A stretch of DNA of 64,000 nucleotides from a virus: IMG/VR virus record IMGVR_UViG_3300050343_000270, positions 1 through 64,000 of that record; one strand, 5' to 3'. A program made the position numbers and the translations under genes. Under the pieces are notes generated by a model that worked only from the letters and a program-made list of their open reading frames with translations, was not told the DNA's origin and did no database searches. Numbering within the stretch: position 1 is the stretch's first letter; every line of letters starts with the position of its first letter. Positions 59,821-64,000 of the stretch are shown piece by piece.

Positions 59821-62800
59821 ATGGCGGCACCAATCAATATACCTGCGAACATTTCGATAAGCACCACTAGCCTGAATAGATCTACTCGTCAGGTTCAGCA
59901 AGCGTTGGGGCGTATTACAGGTCAAGCATCAGAATTTCAAAAATCTCTTGATGCTTCAACTGCGCGTGTGTTTGCTTTCGGAGCTACCACGGCGGTTCTG
60001 CAAGCTGTTAACCAATCATTCAAAAAGCTTATCAGCACCACGGTTGAGGTTGAGAAAAAGCTAATCGAGATAAACTCTATCTTTCAAGCTACAAACGCTC
60101 AGTTTAGCAAGTTTAGAGATTCTATCTTCCAAGTCGCCAAAGATACTGGGCAGTCTTTTAATACCGTTGCAGAAGGTGCGGCGGAATTAGCTCGTCAGGG
60201 TTTAAGTGCAGAAGAGACCGCGAAACGGTTAAAAGCCGCATTAATACTCACTCGTATTTCAGGTATGGACGCAGAGAAGTCTGTAAAGTCTCTGACCGCC
60301 GCAATGAACGGTTTCACCTCTGCTGGATTAAGTGCCGAGCAGATTGTTAATAAAATTGTAGCGGTTGATACGGCATTCGCTGTATCTGCACAAGACTTGG
60401 CTGACGGTTTTTCTCGCGCTGGATCTACGGCAGAGGATGCTGGTGTATCATTTGATCAGCTACTAGGTCTTATAACCGCTGTAGAGCAGAGAACTGCGCG
60501 AGGTGGTGCTGTGATCGGTAACGCATTTAAATCTATATTTACACGACTAGCCCGTGGAACAACCATTGAAAAACTAAAAGAACTTGGTGTTGAGATTGAC
60601 TCTAGCCAAACAGGTATTCAAAAACTACAATCTTTATCAGCGGCTCTTGAAAAGATATCAGACCCAACTATAGCAAGTCAGATAAAAGAGCTTGCGGGTG
60701 GCGTGTTCCAGATTAACGTTGTTAGTTCTACATTGAAGGATTTATCAAGCGAGACTTCTATTTTTGCCAGTGCCGCGAAAGAAGCCTCTAATGCAACTAA
60801 CGAGGCTTTTCAAAAGAACGAGCTATTAAATACTAGTTTGGCGGCGCAAATAAATAGTCTGGTGGCTGGGATAACAAATTTAGCAGAAAAAATTGGAGGC
60901 ATAACAATCGCGCCACTGCTTGGTAATTTAGTAAAGATAGCAACAGTGCTTTCAGACTCTTTAGATGGCGCTCTTGACCCAGAAAAAGGTAATGCTTTCA
61001 TCAAGGGTCTTTTAGCCACTATTAGTTCTTTTATATCTGGTCCAGGGTTGATTATGGTGACTGTGGCGTTTTTAAAGATCACCAAGCTGGTGGCTAAATT
61101 TGCCATGGATGGTTTTAAGTCTGTTATGGCAATTGGTTCAGCCCAAGAAAAGAATAAGCAAATTGAGGCTGGTATAGTTAGATTGTTACAACACGACGTT
61201 CAGTTAAGAAAACAGTTAGCTAACCAAAGTTTATCACAGGCTCAAAAAGAACAAGCTGTTCTGGATGCTATAAAAAGAGAAAATGCCTTACTAAGAGATC
61301 AAGAGAGGCTAATGCGAAATCTTACATCTCTTGCGAGGCAGAGGGGTGTTACTGGACATAGTTCATCTAGAGGATTTAAGGGAAGGGGTTTTTCGGCAGG
61401 TCACATGCAAGAGGAGGCGAACGCCAGAATGTTGGGCGCTACATCTTCTGTTAGGGCGCACAGGGGGCAGGGAACCATTGGTGGTAAATCATTCATAATG
61501 AATAACCAAGAAACCGAAATACCAAATTTTGGTCGAAATGGTGATTCTGCGGTCATACCTCATTACGCAAAAGGTTTTGTTCCAAATTTTGCAATGATTA
61601 GCACTAGCGCGTATTTCAACAAAAAAGGCGCAAGTTTACGGGGGTATACAGATGGAATAAAAAATGGGACTATAAGAAGGACCGAGGTTGGAAAAGATCG
61701 GGTGGTGGGTGACGTGAAGTTCAGTAAAGACGAGATTAACGCCGCTGGAAAATTAGGGATAGATGAAAAGGGAAAACAAGCAGATAGCAAAAAGAAACAA
61801 ACTATTGATGCATCAAGAGTCATTGGGAAAAACACAATGCCTACGGTTTTGACCCCTTCAAATTCAGGCGGGACGCGATCAATAACAACGAGAAAAGACT
61901 TTAACCACCCTGTAAAATTTCAATTTAAAAGTTTTAAAGTTGATAAAAATGGAAAGCTTGGTTTGCGAAAGGATTTTGACAGAAAATTTTCTGACACAAA
62001 AATAAAAGAAATGGCGGAAAATACTGCTTTAAAATTTGCCAAAAAAGCGGCAGAGGCAGTTTCAGAAAAGCCAGTTGATCCAAAAACTATTGAAGAGGTT
62101 GACAATGTGAACGGATTCATCAGCGGAATAAAAGGAGGTTTTGGTGGAATATTTGATGCGGCTTTAACCACTGCGCTGAGAACAAATGTCGGTGACGGTG
62201 TTGGTGGAGATTTTGACGTTAATACTGCGGACAACGCCAAGGCAAAATCAAACGTAAGAAAAATATTTGGAAGTAGATCACTGCCTCTTAGTGGGCTTGC
62301 TGACTACAAGATAAATGATGGTAATTACACGTTAGAAAGTATGATTACAAAATTCATGGGAACTAAAATTTTAACAGACCCAATCAAAGCAACAATTAAC
62401 AAACAGAAGGTAGATAGAAAAGGTTTAAATAGAGTTAGTAAAGGCAGGGGAAGGGCTGGAGGATTTATACCCAACTATAGCCAAACAGACCGAGGAGTTC
62501 CTATGTCTAAAATTCGCGCCCACTTTGATGGCGCAGGAAACCCTGTTGCTGTTACAAATACAATGGACGAACCTAACGGCTTAAGTGACGTAAGGAAGAA
62601 TGGATTGGCTGATGCAATAGGCAGAGAGAGGCAAGGAATTGGAATGCATAGTGAGGGTTTTGTTCCTAATTTTAGGCTTGGGGGTCTTGTTAAGCTTGGG
62701 GGAGCGGCTGGAAGGAAGATCGGGGCGGGGGCTTCAAGGTTATTCGGGGGGGCTAAAAATAAAGGTAAAAATGTATTGGACTCCCACAAAGCCTCTAAAG

Positions 62801-64000
62801 CTAACATAAAAAGTCTCAAAGAGAACACCAAAAAGTTAAAGAAAGAAAATCAAGAAATTCAGAAAAGGATAAGCGCTGGCAAATTAAGCAAAGAGCAACT
62901 CAAAATACATGAAAAAAAGCTGAAAAAAAACAATTCTAAAATATCTGACAACGCTAGTCAGATGCAAAATGATAGTGGTGCTGGTATGCTGGCGATGTTT
63001 GCTTTATCTGGGGTAGACACAGGCTTTCAGGCTCTGGCGGACAGCAGGAGAGAGAAGGGGGACGAAAAAGGAGGCATGCTCGCGGATCAGGGATCGGCTG
63101 CCGCACAGTTTGCGTCTATGGGTGCAATGTTTGGACCCATGGGGATGGCGATTGGGGCTGTAACTGGTCAAGTTTATAGTCTTGGATCTGCGCTTCTTGA
63201 CGCTAACAAAAGAATAAATGAAGGCGAAAAAAAGGGGGAAAAGACCTAGATAGGGGTAAAGAGGCTCAAGCTAAAGGCATTCAGAGACAAAGAAGTGCCA
63301 TGAGGAATCTTGGCTTCAGTAAAGGCAACGAAGTAATGGAAGTCGCTCAAAAAGTTGCAAGTGTGGGTCTGCGCGACTACACAGATGAAATAAAAAAAGT
63401 AAAGGATCGTTTGCGTTCAGCCTCTGAGAGTCCTGCGGAATACAAAAAAGCAACCGATGACTATATTAAAGTTATGGAAAAGGTAGCTATAGCCGAGACA
63501 AAGGTTGCCGAAATAAAAAGAATACAAGCAAGTCTGACAAAAAAACAAAATGATTTAATTAAACTAAATGCAGAACAAGCTCAAGCAAGCCAAGCAAGAG
63601 TAAAATCCGCACAAAAGGCTGTTGATACATTAGGGTTTATGAGTGAAATCAGAACACCTGAATTAACTGGCGAGAGAAGAAATGCGGTTGATAGATCTTT
63701 GAAGGGTCAGTCGGCTGTTGCTGGAGCGCAATTAAATAAACAAACATTAAATGACTTAAAAGTAGAGTTAAGTCAAACAACAGATAAAGATAAAAGAGAA
63801 GAAATAGTAGAGAAAATCGAACAAGCCACGACAGTCTTCAACAAATCGGTTGTTTCTGCGGCAATAAGTCTAAGGAACAATTTAAACCAAGCTGAATTTG
63901 ATCTTGGAAAGCTGAAAGAGACTCTAACTACACAAAAAGAGCAAACATTCGACAGTAGGCTTGGCTTTGTAATTCTTTAAAAGACAAAACAATAGACGCC
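59821..64000 (+). CDS. Tail tape measure protein (TP901-type core); 3'-partial, frame breaks near 63230 and 63970
   Basis: AAELARQG, VD..FAVSAQDLA, GAVIGNAFKSIFTR. ORF 63300..63980 is open upstream in the -1 frame to at least 63228. Confidence 0.88.

Noticed and set aside
63247-63249. Stop-codon reassignment (TAG read-through)
   Set aside because: The continuation is in another frame, and long genes are intact under the standard code.

Overview
This window is 64 kb of a large tailed dsDNA phage, siphovirus-like, in the standard genetic code. The host is possibly a Verrucomicrobia/PVC bacterium (inference only). Layout: 1-9.3 kb tail/receptor-binding and lysis-like genes; 9.4-22.6 kb rightward repair, nucleotide and anti-defence genes (RuvB-like ATPase, DenV-like glycosylase, MazG-like, Rnl2 RNA ligase, HNH, rIIA/rIIB); 22.8-39.5 kb leftward early/accessory genes; 39.6-64 kb a phage sigma factor, an ERCC4-type nuclease and the morphogenesis cluster from terminase to tape measure. 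The non-coding architecture is the most unusual part. (1) An integrase-less array of canonical integron attC sites at 36.6-39.1 kb has its genes on the antisense strand, starting and stopping inside the attC hairpins and crossing the crossover point as an Asn codon. (2) Nine copies of an ~80-bp double-palindrome element, usually with an operator and a sigma70 promoter, cut the early region into modules. (3) An 81-nt tmRNA reduced to its tRNA-like domain lies next to a ~148-nt rod-shaped candidate ncRNA. (4) TGTTAG/CTAACA is enriched specifically in 22.9-34.6 kb. (5) A GTGTAA-N8-ATG motif looks like a leaderless late promoter. Several single-base frameshifts in homopolymers suggest sequencing indels. 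All calls are by eye and from motif recognition; no database searches were run.
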